The notes beneath the pieces are model-generated. The model searched no databases. It had not been told where the DNA came from and worked only from the letters and a program-made list of their open reading frames with translations. From contig QPMI01000404.1 in the NCBI GenBank assembly GCA_004431415.1, positions 1 to 64,000 of the forward strand: a DNA stretch of 64,000 nucleotides, in the 5' to 3' direction. Made by a program: the position numbers and the translations under genes. Source of the stretch: Cyanophora paradoxa CCMP329 (taxonomy: Eukaryota > Plantae > Glaucophyta). How positions within the stretch are numbered: the first letter of the stretch is position 1; each line of letters begins with the position of its first letter. Positions 1-12,324 of the stretch are shown one piece after another.

Positions 1-780
1 GGTCGATTTGCCCACAATAGAGAGGATAAGATCTTGATTGTTGTGAATGAAGCCTCAGGCAAGGACACATTCGAATAATGATATGCTCAAAGATCTTAAC
101 TTCTGATAAGATTGTATTGAACACAAAGGGATAGATTCATACACAAAAAGCAACTTTGCCAGGATTATATTCACCAGCAATAACAACATTCCAGTTAAAA
201 TTGAAGCTGGAGATAGGCGATTTGTGGTTGTTGAAGTTAGTAAGAAATTCGCAAAGGATAGGTCATACTTCCTTCCACTTGTAAATGGCTAAATGATCAC
301 TGCAATATTCGAAACATTGCCACTATTTGAGAACCAAAGTTGTGTGAGGATGTGAACTGGATTGCTGATAGACCCCTTACAAATAAATACTATTTAGCCC
401 ACAGGTGTGCGCTCCAATCATCTTATGTTCACTAAGTGCTTGTGGATCGAGGCTTAATTTTCCGAGAATAAATGCAAGTCTGGTAGCCTTGTGGAAACCT
501 GGAAGTGGTTCCAGGAGTTTATTACCAGCAATAAATATAAAAACGATTATAATAGTCGCCGATATTATACTGAAATGAGAAGTGTTACATATATCCAAGT
601 GAAAACTACAAATGGCAAACAATACTATCATTTCCTATTCCACAAGTATTTGAGGAATTCAGAAAGATGAAGCTTGTAGATGATGAGACTATTGAGGAAG
701 AAGCTAATCCAAGGATGAAACAGGCCCTACCTGCTGCTGATCCTGATGCATCAGATTATGATTCTGATGTTGAAGTTTAG
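1..780 (+). pseudogene. D5-like SF3 primase-helicase, C-terminal part, frameshifted
   Basis: Manual translation across frames gives KILIVVNEA (Walker B-like), IEHKGIDSY and SNFARIIFTSNNNIPVKIEAGDRRFVVVE (motif C and arginine finger). An acidic tail ends at TAG 778-780. Confidence 0.8.
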
Positions 781-793
781 GTTTACTCAAAAT

Positions 794-968
794 GGACTCA
801 TGGTTGACTCAAATTTATCATAAAAGACCCAAACAGTCTTTTATTTACGGTTTATTTATCGATTAGGTTGACTAAGTGGGGGGAGTGACTCATTTTTCAA
901 CAGATTCTAAAAAGGACTCTGCCCTAAAAAGAAATAAAAAGTGCCTCAACTCCACCACTAAGTCAACC
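794..968. promoter_or_regulatory. TGACTCA-containing inverted-repeat module, copy 1 (candidate origin or protein-binding site)
   Basis: GGACTCATGGTTGACTCA at 794, GGTTGACTAAGTGG at 866 and its inverted partner CCACTAAGTCAACC at 955-968. The module recurs at 6300-6470. Confidence 0.45.
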
Positions 969-1018
969 AAAAAATGATTTAAGAGATAGAAAATATATTT
1001 ATATGTAAGTAGTAAGAA

Positions 1019-1330
1019 ATGGCTGAACAGATCATGATTCTGGATCGATCTATATGATTGAGAGTGAAGAATTGAAATAAAGTTTATATAGGAGAACCTC
1101 ACAGCCACTACAAAAAAGATGGAGACAACACAAATCAGGTCAAATGCCATCACAGCAACCTATGCAAGGCTTCGGATGTGAGTTTTCAGTCCTTATTCAA
1201 CTAAGAAGGGTGGGCATGAAGACCTTTATGAACAGAGAAGCATATTACATGTATCTCTTTGACCTTGGATAGTCAATCTACAAAAACCGAAATCTCGATT
1301 AGGATTAATAGGTTTTTGCGATTTCATTCA
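1019..1330 (+). pseudogene. GIY-YIG endonuclease, frameshifted
   Basis: Joining frames gives SGSIYMIESEEL..KVYIG.TSQPLQKRWRQHKSG...REAYY, matching the GIY...YIG...R..H...E pattern. Confidence 0.7.
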
Positions 1331-1459
1331 GAGGAAGCCAATGGATCCATTAAAACATTTTAAATTGCGTTTTAGAACATCCTAAAATAAATATCCCCTT
1401 AGAATAGGAACAAGTTAGGAATAATGCCCCGAATTACCAACAAACTCATAAGGAGAAGA

Positions 1460-4400
1460 AATGGGAACTCATGGGATTGCTGGGAACACTATATGCAGCC
1501 CATGAAATAACAGAGGATGAATATGACCGGAAATAGATTTAATTGCAAGGGGCAGACCCACTTTAAGCAGATTAACCAGAAAAGCAAATAACCTATATGA
1601 TAAAATTGAAACCTTGGATAACTGGATAGGCTTAGGCAAATAGAACCAGAGGCAGAAGATGGAACAGCCATGAATGAATTATATCGCTGGCTCACATACA
1701 GGCCAGAAGGAAGTTGTTGTAGATGTGATTGAATTCCTGGATAGAATTGCTACATCCCTTCCAAATCGATTAAAGCAGGGTTTAGATCAATTCAGGCAAT
1801 CAAGGTTCGCTTGTCTTTATCTGCAAGTTCGTTAAAGTGAGCAATCCACAGGTTTGGATATCGAAATACATTTACAGTGATTACTTGTATTAACCAGGTC
1901 GAGAAATATTCGAACTGAGCTGAATAAAGCAGCCCAAATGTGTCAGGAGCAGATGAATGTGGTTGATAGCTATCGCTTAGAAAGAATTGAAATACTCAGA
2001 GTGGCTATTATGAGTTATGCTCCAACTGGTGGATGCTTTCTACAAACCCCAGAGTGGATTGCTAGGAAGAGAGCCACAGTGAATATTCGAATATAGATGA
2101 TTCCTGCTTCGAAAATGCGATTTTAGCCTCGATTTACAGAAAATCTATTAACTCCCATAAGAGGAATGAGCTTTCACAATATCGCAAATGGAATACTCAG
2201 CAATCGCTTATAATCCGCTGGCTCTCAATTTCGACAATATCCCATTCCCTGTTGCCTGTGATGCTGAAATAATTGATAAATTCGAGGCTCAAAATGCAGG
2301 CATTAGCATTAATATATTCGGAATCGATGGAGAGGTTGTTTATCCCCTGCATCAATCCAGTAACCCAGGCAGAAAGCATAAGGTTAATCTCATGCTGATA
2401 TTTGATGATGAAGGGAATGGTCACTATATTACAATCATGTCCCTTTCAAGGCTATTGAAAGTAAACCATGAAACATACAATGATCAGAAGTTACACTACT
2501 GTGATACATGCTTATCTCGATTCAGGTCTGAGGCTAAACTCACTGCTCATGTGGACTCAAACAGATGCATTGATTGGAGACTCTCAAAGGGAATCACCCC
2601 TAAACCTGAGACCACCATAGAGTTTGGACTGAAAAACCTCAGGAAAACTGTGTGGCTTCCTGTTGTGGTTTACTGCAAGATTGAACATAGAAGCATCCCC
2701 ATTGATGCATCGAAATCCAAGAGGGAAGTCTCAGCAGTGAACCTTAGAGTAGTCACTGGGGAAGATGTTCAAGATTTTCGATTTGAGGGTCAGGATCCAA
2801 TGGAGGTCTCTTTGAATGCTTGGAGTCCAAAGCAAGAGAACTAATCGATTTCCTGTTTACCAATATTCCCATGAATGAACTCACAGATGAGCAGAAAGCT
2901 GTATATAGGGCTACCAAACACTGTTACCTTTGCAGTGAGAGGTTCACCAAGGAGAACTTTAAATGCAGGGATCATGATCATCACACAGGTAATTATATTG
3001 CTCCTGCATGCAGAAACTGCAATCTCCATAGGAGAATCTCAAAGCAAACCAAAGTTGCAGTTGTGTTGACCAAATGGATGACTGTGGACATTCATTTTCA
3101 GAAAAATAGCAGGTATGGGTGATAAAAAGCGAATCGAAATCCTTTCGAAAAACTTTGATCAATACCTTTCATTGCAATGGGGTCTTACAAGTTCATTGAT
3201 GCAAGCAATTTATGGACTTTGGAGCTGCTGATGTAGATGAGTTAATGAACAAATTCCAAGCTTCAGAAGGCTTTCACACTCAGTATATGGACTTGACCCA
3301 GTTCATTATGTATCTGCACCTGGTTATCTTGGGATGCTATGCTTAGGACCACCGAGGCAAAAATAGAGCTTATAAGTGATGTAGAGCAATACGAATTTGT
3401 TGAGAGGGGAATCAGGGGTGCTTTGCAACAATGCCTTGTAGGTATGCTGAGGCTGATGGTGAGAACTCCCACATTATGCTGTTTGATGCTAACAACTTGT
3501 ATGGCTACTGTTTGAGTCAGCCAATTCCAGTTGGTGATTTTAGATGGGAGACCGAATTCAACCCACAAGATAACAGATCCATTTCCTGGAAGTTGATCTG
3601 GATTACCCAATTAGGCTGTTTCTAGATCACAGTGATTTCCCTCTAATTATTAACAAGAAATAGTAGAATATGCCGAATTATCACAATATCAAAAAAGCCT
3701 ATTGGATCTCTCAGGAGAAGAGCTTGATAAAACCCCTAAGCTAACTGCAACTTGGTTCTGTGACCAACTATGTAGTTTCTGAGCCTCTTCTACAATACAT
3801 GTTAGCTAAAGGTGTGAAACTAAAGAAGGTTCACAGGGTCCTATCATTTACTGTGGCTCCTGTAATGAAACCCTACATTGAGCTGAATACTGATATGAGA
3901 AGGAAAGCAGTGAATAAATTCGAGGCTGATTTCTATAAGCTCATGAATAATTCAATCTATGGAAATGCATTGAATCATGTAGAGGTCGATCTGTGGTTAA
4001 GATTGCCACACTGAGAAGCTATTTATGAAATATGCAGCTTCCCATTGGTGAAATCAACAAGTCCCATAAGTGAAAGGGCAGTTGCCTTTGAGTTTTACAC
4101 AAAGCATGTGAAGCTAGATAAGCCTGTTGCAATTGGGGCTTATGTTTTGGATGCAGCCAAACTGCATAACTACAAGTTCTTCTATGATACTGTAAGGTCC
4201 CAGTGGTCAAAAGCAAAGTTACTATTCATGATACTGATTCCTTTTGTCTATATATTGAATCTAAAACCCTTCAAAAGGACCTAGAGAATATATCCTTTAA
4301 TCTGGACTTAGGAGGACCTAACAGAATGACCCCAGGTAAATACAAAAATGAGATGCCAGGTTCTGCTATATTGGAGTATGTAGGTCTGAGAGCCAAAGTT

Positions 4401-4643
4401 TACTGTTTCAGAACAGCTGAGATTGAGAGAAGTAAGCTATCTGGGACTTCCACTGAGGAACTCCAATTCAATGATTTTAAGCAGTGTTTATTTGCAGGTA
4501 TCAGCAAGACTGTGACTGCAAAGCAGAAAAGAAGGGCAGATCACACAATAATAGACACTGTGAGTAGAAGGGTTGCCCTAAACTGCTTTGATGCAAAGAG
4601 ATACATCTTACCAGATGGTATTAATTCTGTTCCTTTTAATTAA
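1460..4643 (+). pseudogene. Protein-primed family B DNA polymerase (pPolB) with endonuclease VII-like Zn module; multiple frameshifts; start approximate
   Basis: Fragments include TPEWIARKRATVNI, GHYITIMSLSRLL, HCYLC..CRDHDHHTGNYIAPACRNCN, FDANNLYGYCLSQPIP (motif A), YKLMNNSIYG (motif B), HDTDSF (motif C), YVGLRAKVY and DAKRYILPDGINSVPF. Confidence 0.9.
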
Positions 4644-4646
4644 GAG

Positions 4647-6030
4647 ATGCCAGCAACTGGAAGAATAGTTAGGAGAACCACTGAGCAACTGCAAGGAAAC
4701 CTACTGCCTATCACAGTTCCCAAGGAGGAAAAAGGGGAATCTCGAATTGTTAAAAAGTCTGAGATGAAAGAGCTTGTCCCAGTAGAGATCCCAGTTGCTA
4801 TTGCAGTGAAAGAAACTAGCAAGATTGCCAAGAGATTCTATGATGTGAGAACAGGTTACAAAGGGCTTCAAGCTATGAGGGCTGAGTTACCAGATGAATC
4901 CTATAAGCAGTTGCAAGAGTTCTATAAAAAGCAGGAAGTTGTTCAGATCAATGCACCTGCTATATCTAGGAAGAGAGATCCCATGGTTCCAATAAGGCAA
5001 CCCTTGATACCTATGTGATTGATTTGCTCTTTTCCCAGCTTATAAGAAACAAAACAATGGCTATGATACATTTATGACTGCAATGGAATCAACACTGAGA
5101 ACTGGATATATCATACCTATAAGGGATAAATCAGCTCTCACTACATTAGCTGCATTTAAACAGCTTGAGATGAGAGTAGCAAGACCCATAGTAAAAGTTC
5201 AATCAGATGCTGGGAGTGAATTCCAAAATCGAATATTCCAGGAGTATTTATCTAGTAAATACATAGAACACCAAGTGAGTGGAACTGCAGACCATAGGAG
5301 CCAAGGTCGAATTGAAGCCTTTAACAAGCAGATTAAGAGACTGATCACAAACTACTGCATAGCTAATAACACAGCTAGATTCTTTGATGTGTTGGGTGAT
5401 ATTGAATATAATTACAATAACACAGTTCACTCAGCTACTAAGATGAAGCCAGGTGAAACTACAGAGGAGCATTATAGGTATATAGTGGGATTAGAAGATG
5501 AAAGATTCAAGAAATCAATAGCTTATCTTGATACCATGCAGCCTGGCATGTTTGTTAGAGTGAAAGTAGAGAAGAACCCCTTTGCTAAACAGGGTAACAA
5601 TTGGTCTAGGATGGTTTACACTGTTGATAGTAGAGAAGGCTTTAAGTTTAAGCTAAGGAGTCCCACTGGAGAGATCATAGATAACAGATTTGCATTCCAT
5701 GAGCTGTTGCCTGTGAATGCAGTTGAGTATCTGGAAACACCCACAGTGGATGCCTTAGAGCAAGCTAAAGAGGAAGCTAGGGTTGATGCTTCTATAAGGA
5801 GAGAGGGCATAGAAGCTGCTAATGAAGTCCCAGATAAGCCTTTGATAGAGGCTAGAAAGGAGAAGGCTGGCAAAGTTAACAGGGAACTCAAAAAGCTCAC
5901 TATAGCAGGCACACAGAAACTTTCAGAAGTGAATAGCCAGAGATGGTATAATGACTTTCAGACTACTAAGGAGTCATATACAGCCCCTAAACCTCAAAGA
6001 ACACTAAGAGAAAGGACCAAAACTAGCTAG
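4647..6030 (+). CDS. Retroviral-type (rve) DDE integrase, one frameshift near 5010
   Basis: ORFs 4647-5018 and 5074-6030 together give YVIDLL / VQSDAGSEF / GRIEAFNKQIK (D-D-E) and YNNTVHSATKMKP, typical of Polinton integrases. Confidence 0.88.
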
Positions 6031-6299
6031 TTTCATAGCTGAAAACTCGTTTTTTCCAAATATATGTATGTGTGATATACATATATGCATATAATATACA
6101 CATAGTCTTGTAGATCTTATCAAGCGCTTCACAGCGATATGCAGAACGTTGCGTTTTGATGATCTGGTGATGAGATATAACCGTTTGAAGATGCGAAAGT
6201 CACTTGCCATAGTAGACTTGGTGAAACCATCAATCTAACACTGCATTTAGTAAGCATCTCCCCTTCATTCCCCCTATTATTTTATATTTATATTTAAGT

Positions 6300-6470
6300 G
6301 GACTCAAGGTTGACTCATATTAATCGTAAAAGTAGTAAAAGTATATGGAATTTGTTACGAATTTAATGCAAGGGTTGACTAAGTGGGTTGAGTTGACTCA
6401 AATTTCACAGGAAATATTTGGGACCTGAAGGTTTATAAAAAGTGAGTCAACTTAGACCACTTATGGTAAC
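6300..6470. promoter_or_regulatory. TGACTCA-containing inverted-repeat module, copy 2
   Basis: GGACTCAAGGTTGACTCA at 6300, GGTTGACTAAGTGG at 6373 and inverted TGAGTCAACT..CCACTTA at 6443-6463. Spacing matches copy 1. Confidence 0.45.
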
Positions 6471-6489
6471 AAAGTTAAATATTTAATTG

Positions 6490-6738
6490 ATTTAATCGGA
6501 AAAGAACATGATTTAATCGAATTTATTGATATAATTCCGATTAAATTCATTTAGGATTCAATTAAGATCAATCGAAGTTATTGATATAATTCCGATTAAC
6601 TACAATTAAGATACAATATCGATTAATCGAGTTTATCGATATAACATCGATTAAATAAATTGAAAATGCATATAAAATATGAAAATTCATATGAAAATTC
6701 AAATAAATTAATCGATTTTATTGATATAACATCGAATC
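6490..6738. repeat. AT-rich subterminal repeats of element A
   Basis: About four copies of TTAATCGA..TTAT(T/C)GATATAA....CGATTAA near 6512, 6568, 6623 and 6708, each with self-complementary ends. Confidence 0.75.
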
Positions 6739-6811
6739 ACACATATGAATATTCATATTTTAATCCTGAGGCGGAACGCCGAGGGATTAAAATATGAATA
6801 TTCATATGTGT
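6739..6811. repeat. Terminal hairpin palindrome of element A
   Basis: 6739-6766 ACACATATGAATATTCATATTTTAATCC is the exact reverse complement of 6784-6811. The inner part is TGA-GGCG-GAA-CGCC-GAG. Confidence 0.92.
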
Positions 6812-6829
6812 TCAGCGACACGAAAAGTG

Positions 6830-9800
6830 GGGGTTTTTAGAGTCCTGATCGCGGAGGGTGTGTGCGTACACCCGCTCTTGGCGATGGACTTGTATTCCGC
6901 CACGAAATCGTATGTTTTTCCACTCAAAGCGTCCCAAATGAAAAGAAGGACTTTGTTAGAAGCGGACGTATACGTAGTCCCAACGACCGGCGGAGCCGCA
7001 AGAAGCCTCGGGGGGGAGACGCCAACGTCGAGCAGCTGCGAATAGGTTTCGCAGGCTTACACATTCGCTCTTATCGCAGTTGCGCGCCACGCATGCGCAA
7101 TTGCAAGCATGCGTACCTTCAGAGAGCTGTCCGTAACAGCAGCGCCTCGAATCCACTGACCGTTGAGCTTGAACTGGACGACGTCCTGCTCTGTGGGAGC
7201 GGTGATGTACCTGCACGAGCAATGTAAGGGTTACATTTGCATGCAAGAAACGAAGATAGAAAACTTGAGGTGCGAACCAGGCGGTCAAGGCGTCGTACTG
7301 ACCCATCTCGAAAGTCACAGCCAACGTTTTGGTCGTCGCCGCAGCACTCAGCGTAGACGGATCGGGCGCCAGTCCCGAAGGGCATTTCGCTGTGTTCGAG
7401 AAAAGCATGCAAAGTTTACGATTAGCTGCGACGAAACCGTGCGGCCTACAGCTGCGAGTCGAAAGGCCTAATTTATAAGGCAGTCAATGTCGCACTGAAA
7501 GCGTTTGCGCTGAAGCCTCCACCAGGGGTCTGATTGTCGCCTCCAGTGCTGCCCTGGTAGCTCGGATTCGAGACAAACACGACAACGAACTCGGCTCCTT
7601 CCGCAGCGTCGACGATGGGGAATGCGCTTGTGGTGATGGTGGGCTTGCCCCACCCCACGCCAGAGAGCGGATACGCCGCCGAGCCGCCGACGATTTTCGT
7701 TGATGTGGCAGTAATCTCGAAGACCTGCATGAGGGCGGGTAAATCGAGCAGTCGAACACGCGCATATGCGTGCACGTGCACGTGTGTGCTTGCACGTCAT
7801 GATCACATGCGAATTTGAACGCACATACATCACATCGTACCACCAGCTATCTTCACCGTCAATCTCAGTCCAGCGCCAACTGAGACTGCAGCCAGAGCTT
7901 GAAAGCTGGCTCGATCGTTTGACAGTCCTACGCAAAATACTATCACAACGACTTGCAGGCAGTGGTACGTATACCGATGTCGCACCAGGCCTGCAAGTGG
8001 CTTGCCGGGTACGGCTTGATCTTGACCTCTTCGTAGATCAAGTCGGGGCGCAGCTCCACCGAGGCAGAAGCGAACGTTTTGGTGTCCTTCGCTCCAAGAG
8101 TAGCATCTGGCGAGGCCGTCGCTGCGCGATTCGGCATGCGCTCGTTAAATGCATTGGCGTTCACGTATGATGATGAGCTCGAGCTTACATCCGCTCTTTG
8201 CGATTGATTTGTACTCGGCCGTGAAATCGAGCTTTCCCGTATCCCCACGCGCGGCATAGCCTGCATTGTTGTCGCCGTGCTTGTGCAAGAACACGAAGAG
8301 CCTGTTCGAGGCCGTTGTGTATGTTGTCCCGACGACCGGCGGGGCCGCGAGGAGCCTCGGGGGGGAGACGCCGATGTCGAGAAGCTGCTCGAGCGGATCG
8401 GGATTGTGCATGTACAGAGATTGCGCCTGCGGCGGGCTACCTTGATGGCATTGTCATTGACGGTCGTTCCGTCGATGGCGGTCCCAGTGACCTTGAACTG
8501 GATCACGTCCTGCTCAGTGGGAGCGGTGACGTACCTGATGCGAATTTGCATGAGCGTTAAATATTTGAGGCAAACTTCAATCTAGTGCTCGAATGCTAGT
8601 TAGCTTGAGTGATTGCGATTGCGCGCGAGCACCAGCCCATGATCTGCGCAGCAAAACAAAAGTCAAAAAAATGTCTAAAATACACAAACATTACATATAT
8701 AAAAAGCGGCCGTCTCGCCTCGTCGTTGTAGTTGGCCTCGTAGAAGGCGGTCATGGTTTTGGTCGTTGAAGTAGCATTCAGAGTGCTTGGTACGGCCGGA
8801 ATCTGAGGGCACTTGGCTGCGCGAGTGCCGGCTCATAATCAGGCATATGCCGATATGTATAAACGCATGTGCTGTCTCGAAGTCGAACTTGAAACCGCCA
8901 ATTGAAAAGGAAAGGAAACTCACGGGAAACGAACGCTCGGAAACCGCCTCCGTTTCCGTCGCTCCCTTGATTAGTATCGTCACTGTGGAAGATGACGAGA
9001 AGCTCGGCGCCGGGTTCGGCAGTGAACGGGGGAAACTTTTCGGATTAGCGAGAGGATTCTGGTTTCCCCAGCCTGCCCCGTTTCCTGGATAGTATCCTTC
9101 AGCTTCTCCAGCAACAAGTCGGGTAGAAGTGCTTGTCATCTCAAACACCTGAGGGTGCACACGGTGCTTAGCTATAGCAAAACCTAAAATTTGCAAAAAC
9201 TTTTAGTTTTTATTGGCCATGGCAGATCAACGTTCACGCACATACATCACATCATACCATCCGTCGGCTTGGGAATCAATCTCGAGCCACTTCAACCAAA
9301 GTTTGTTTTCGCAGTCGGAAGGAATGGAAGCGGGAAGCTTGACTTGCCTAAAATCGCGTACAGCTCGTGATTAAGAGGGCGAAAGAGTAGCCGGGCTGGC
9401 GCGTGAGTTCGCGATCGAGCACGCACCAGGCTTTCATCGTCTTCGCTGCGTAGGGCTTAATTGCAACCTCGCGACTCGAAGACGTCGCCGAAATGCTCGC
9501 GGTCGCTGTGTGGACCGAGGACGTGAAGGTGCCCGTCACGCTGGATGAAGAAGTGATGGTCGCCGAGGCAGTCGCTGCGCACGCGCACGCGCCCGACCGC
9601 AATGAGCCGTACATGTGCGCACAGGTGCAGGGACGATAGCCCGGGCAGGGCGGCGCGCACAACCAGCCTTCGCAATCGAATTGTACTCGGCCACGAAACT
9701 GGTCGCCGCATCGTACTGCCAGAGAAACACAAAGAGCTTGCTGGAAGCCGCTGTGTACACCGTGTCGAGGGCCGGGGGGGCGGCGAGTAGTGTCGGGGGA

Positions 9801-10263
9801 GAGACCCCAACGTCCAGGATCTGAGCGTGATCATGAGATGATTGCAATGCGCGCGCGCAAGATTCGAGGGGACGCAAAAACATGATCGAATTCGAACCTT
9901 CAAATTATTTGCGATGCCGGTCGCGGATGTGACCTTGAACTGAACGACGTCCTGGTCCGTGGGTGCGTAGATGTACCTTTGATTCGCAGTTGCAAAGCGC
10001 GCACGGCCGAAATCAGTACCGTGCACGTGCAACATTCGCATGCGCGAACATCCGCGCGCGCACCAACCGAATACCTCAGCATTGTCCCGCTGGTATTGCA
10101 CGGTCATCGTCTGCTTCGTCGACGTCGCGGCCAGGCCTCCGGTTGGGGGGCCGGAGACGAGCGCCCCCGCCGACGCTGCCGCGAAAAGGAGGACGACGAG
10201 CGCGGCCCGCAGCCACGCGCACGCCTTCGCGGGCGTCGACGTCGGAGCCATTGCCGCACTCAT
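6830..10263 (-). CDS. Multi-exon host gene: secreted protein with tandem CUB-like modules (exon structure only partly resolved; may be disrupted)
   Basis: Signal-peptide-like start (WLRAALVVLLFAAASAGA) and short GT..AG introns (e.g. 10063-9977). The module YxxAPTxQDVxQFK / LDxGVSPPxLLAAPP / FxAEYxSIAKxG recurs near 9660-9980, 8190-8540 and 6870-7215. Confidence 0.55.
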
Positions 10264-10989
10264 GCGCGCGGGGGACTGCCGCGTATACGGTATACGTATG
10301 CGAAGCGAAATCTATAGCTAGTACTATTTGGCTGTGACTCCTGTGAGATCGGGATTTCGAATTCGGGTCCTCCTTCGGAAGTAGTACTAGTAGTTGGACC
10401 GCAGAGTCGGCGCAGCCTGGCGCCGGCAGACCGCCGACCGACGATCGCGGCGCCGACCGACTCTACGGCGACGGTCGCGAATCACGAGATTCACGACTAG
10501 AGCTCGCGATCGGTTTGGCCGGGCAAGCGGATCGCCGCGTCGCGATTCGCGATTCGCGATCGGTGGGGCCCCAGCCGGGCCGGCCCCGCCCGGGCCCGCC
10601 GCCGGCCGCCGCGGCCCCGGGCCCCGGCCGGGCCCGGGCTTGGCAGCCTGCCAGCCTGGCTCAGCGGCTGCTGGGCCCTGGCAGGCTGGTCCGGGCACCG
10701 GGGCCCGGCCCGCCGCGCCGCCCGGGCCGTGCACCGTGCACGTGGCCTCCCGCGGCCGGGCCCGGGCCCCGCGGCCAGGCCGGGCCTGGCCGGCGGCGGG
10801 CCGGGCGCGGGCGGCGCCAGAACTTCGGAAGTTGCGCCCAGAACCAGCCTGGCAGCCGGCCCGGCCGGCCCGGCCGGGCCGAGTCATAAGTCAATTGCAA
10901 GGTCAAAAAAAAGACCGTAGAGAGGCCGAACTCGAGCTTGACTCCGAGGCTCAGTACCCCGTCGGGCACTAAAACCCGGCCCGCCATAG

Positions 10990-11190
10990 AGGAAAATACC
11001 GCGGTACCAAATTACCGCGTTTTTTACAAATTTGAGGCTTGTATGGGGCGGTAATTACAGGGGATACTGTATGGGGCGACATCTCAGCAGCAAATTACCG
11101 CGGGACCAAATTACCGCGTTTTAACAAATTCTCGGCGCGGTAATTTGGTACCGCGGTAATTAAGTGGGCGCGGTATTTATGTGTTCTGCG
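10990..11190. repeat. Cluster of direct and inverted AATTACCGCG motifs (MITE-like subterminal repeats)
   Basis: Multiple AATTACCGCG / CGCGGTAATT copies, plus GTATGGGGCG twice. Confidence 0.5.
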
Positions 11191-11579
11191 GTAACTCACA
11201 GTGAGCTCCGATTCTGAGCCTCCGAGGCTCCGACTCCGATGCATTCAAGATTATGCCCATCATCGCAGCGCATGCGTTGTTTTTACGTTTTCCGGTGAAT
11301 CCGGTCCTAAATTCTCCTAATTCGGATTCCGTCCAATGCCGACGCTCAAACCGTCAAACGCCAGCCTCTTGCAGCTGAGAACCTGGGCCGGCGGTACCAA
11401 GTACCAGTAAAGCTGAACCGTTGAACGCGAGTTCAACGGTTCATGCTTATGAAAATTACTAAAGTTATAACTAGCTATAGTAAGCCGCCTGCAGCCGCCT
11501 GCAGCTATTCGGCATAACCTCGCGGCGCCGAATATTTGAAACTGCCAGAATTGTGCAGATGTATGGCATAAGAGGGATT

Positions 11580-11830
11580 GGTCACCTCAGTCGGCCAATT
11601 TGGTGAGTCAATGGTGACTCAGTCGGGTCAGTCAGACCCTCTGACTTTGACTGTCAGTGACTGAACCCAGCCCTAGTATATTTGCATGTCTGCAGACTGC
11701 AGCCTGGCAGGCCCGAGGCCGCGGACTCGTAGGGTTGCCGGGCTCAAGTTTGAGTGCACTAAAACTTGAGCGTTTTAGTCAAGTAGCTAGTTTTAGTTTT
11801 AATTTAGTGGCCCACTCAAACTTGAGCTAA
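11580..11830. mobile_element. Two hAT-like transposon ends
   Basis: TCAGTC repeats end in ...CCCAGCCCTA (reverse complement TAGGGCTGGG) near 11675. TAGGGTTGCC near 11730 is followed by CTCAA/TTGAG/CTAAAA repeats. Confidence 0.35.
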
Positions 11831-12324
11831 AACGGCGCGCGGCTGGAGGGGGGGGTTCCGGTGGCAGAGCTGCCATATTCTGGGTGGGTGCAGAACCGCC
11901 CCATTTCGGGTGTTAATCGTGCTTCCATCGGATATACGTATACAGTCCTTCTGCAATGAAAAGCTACCCGGCCCATTAAGCCTCTTTTCTGAGGCAAGGA
12001 TGCCCTTAGAAGGCCTACCCCCCCTCTAGACCGCACTTCTTTACCCGAAACTCGTGTGTCTAGAGCGATAACCCGGTGGGAAAACACTTGATTATATATA
12101 TATATATGATATAATTATATATGCGTATATACTCACATATATAGCAATATTTTCAAAAAACATATATAGCAATATATGCGTTTCCCTTCGACTCCCGATC
12201 CGATAGTAGGACCGATACTCGAAATCGGAATCATAATAGGATCGCCGGCGAATCGCCGCCGATTCGCCGGTCGATATCGATGGGACTCGATAGAGTCGAT
12301 ACTAGTATCATAGAAGTATGACGA

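Larger units (their letters stand above)
1..6811 (+). mobile_element. Polinton-like/adintovirus-like endogenous element A (right part; left end outside window)
   Basis: AT-rich, CpG-poor block with helicase, GIY-YIG, pPolB and rve integrase genes in tandem. It ends in AT-rich repeats and a hairpin, followed by an abrupt switch to GC-rich host DNA. Confidence 0.85.

Noticed and set aside
10387-10987. GC-rich ORFs on both strands
   Set aside because: Low-complexity GGCC-rich DNA with no coding signal.
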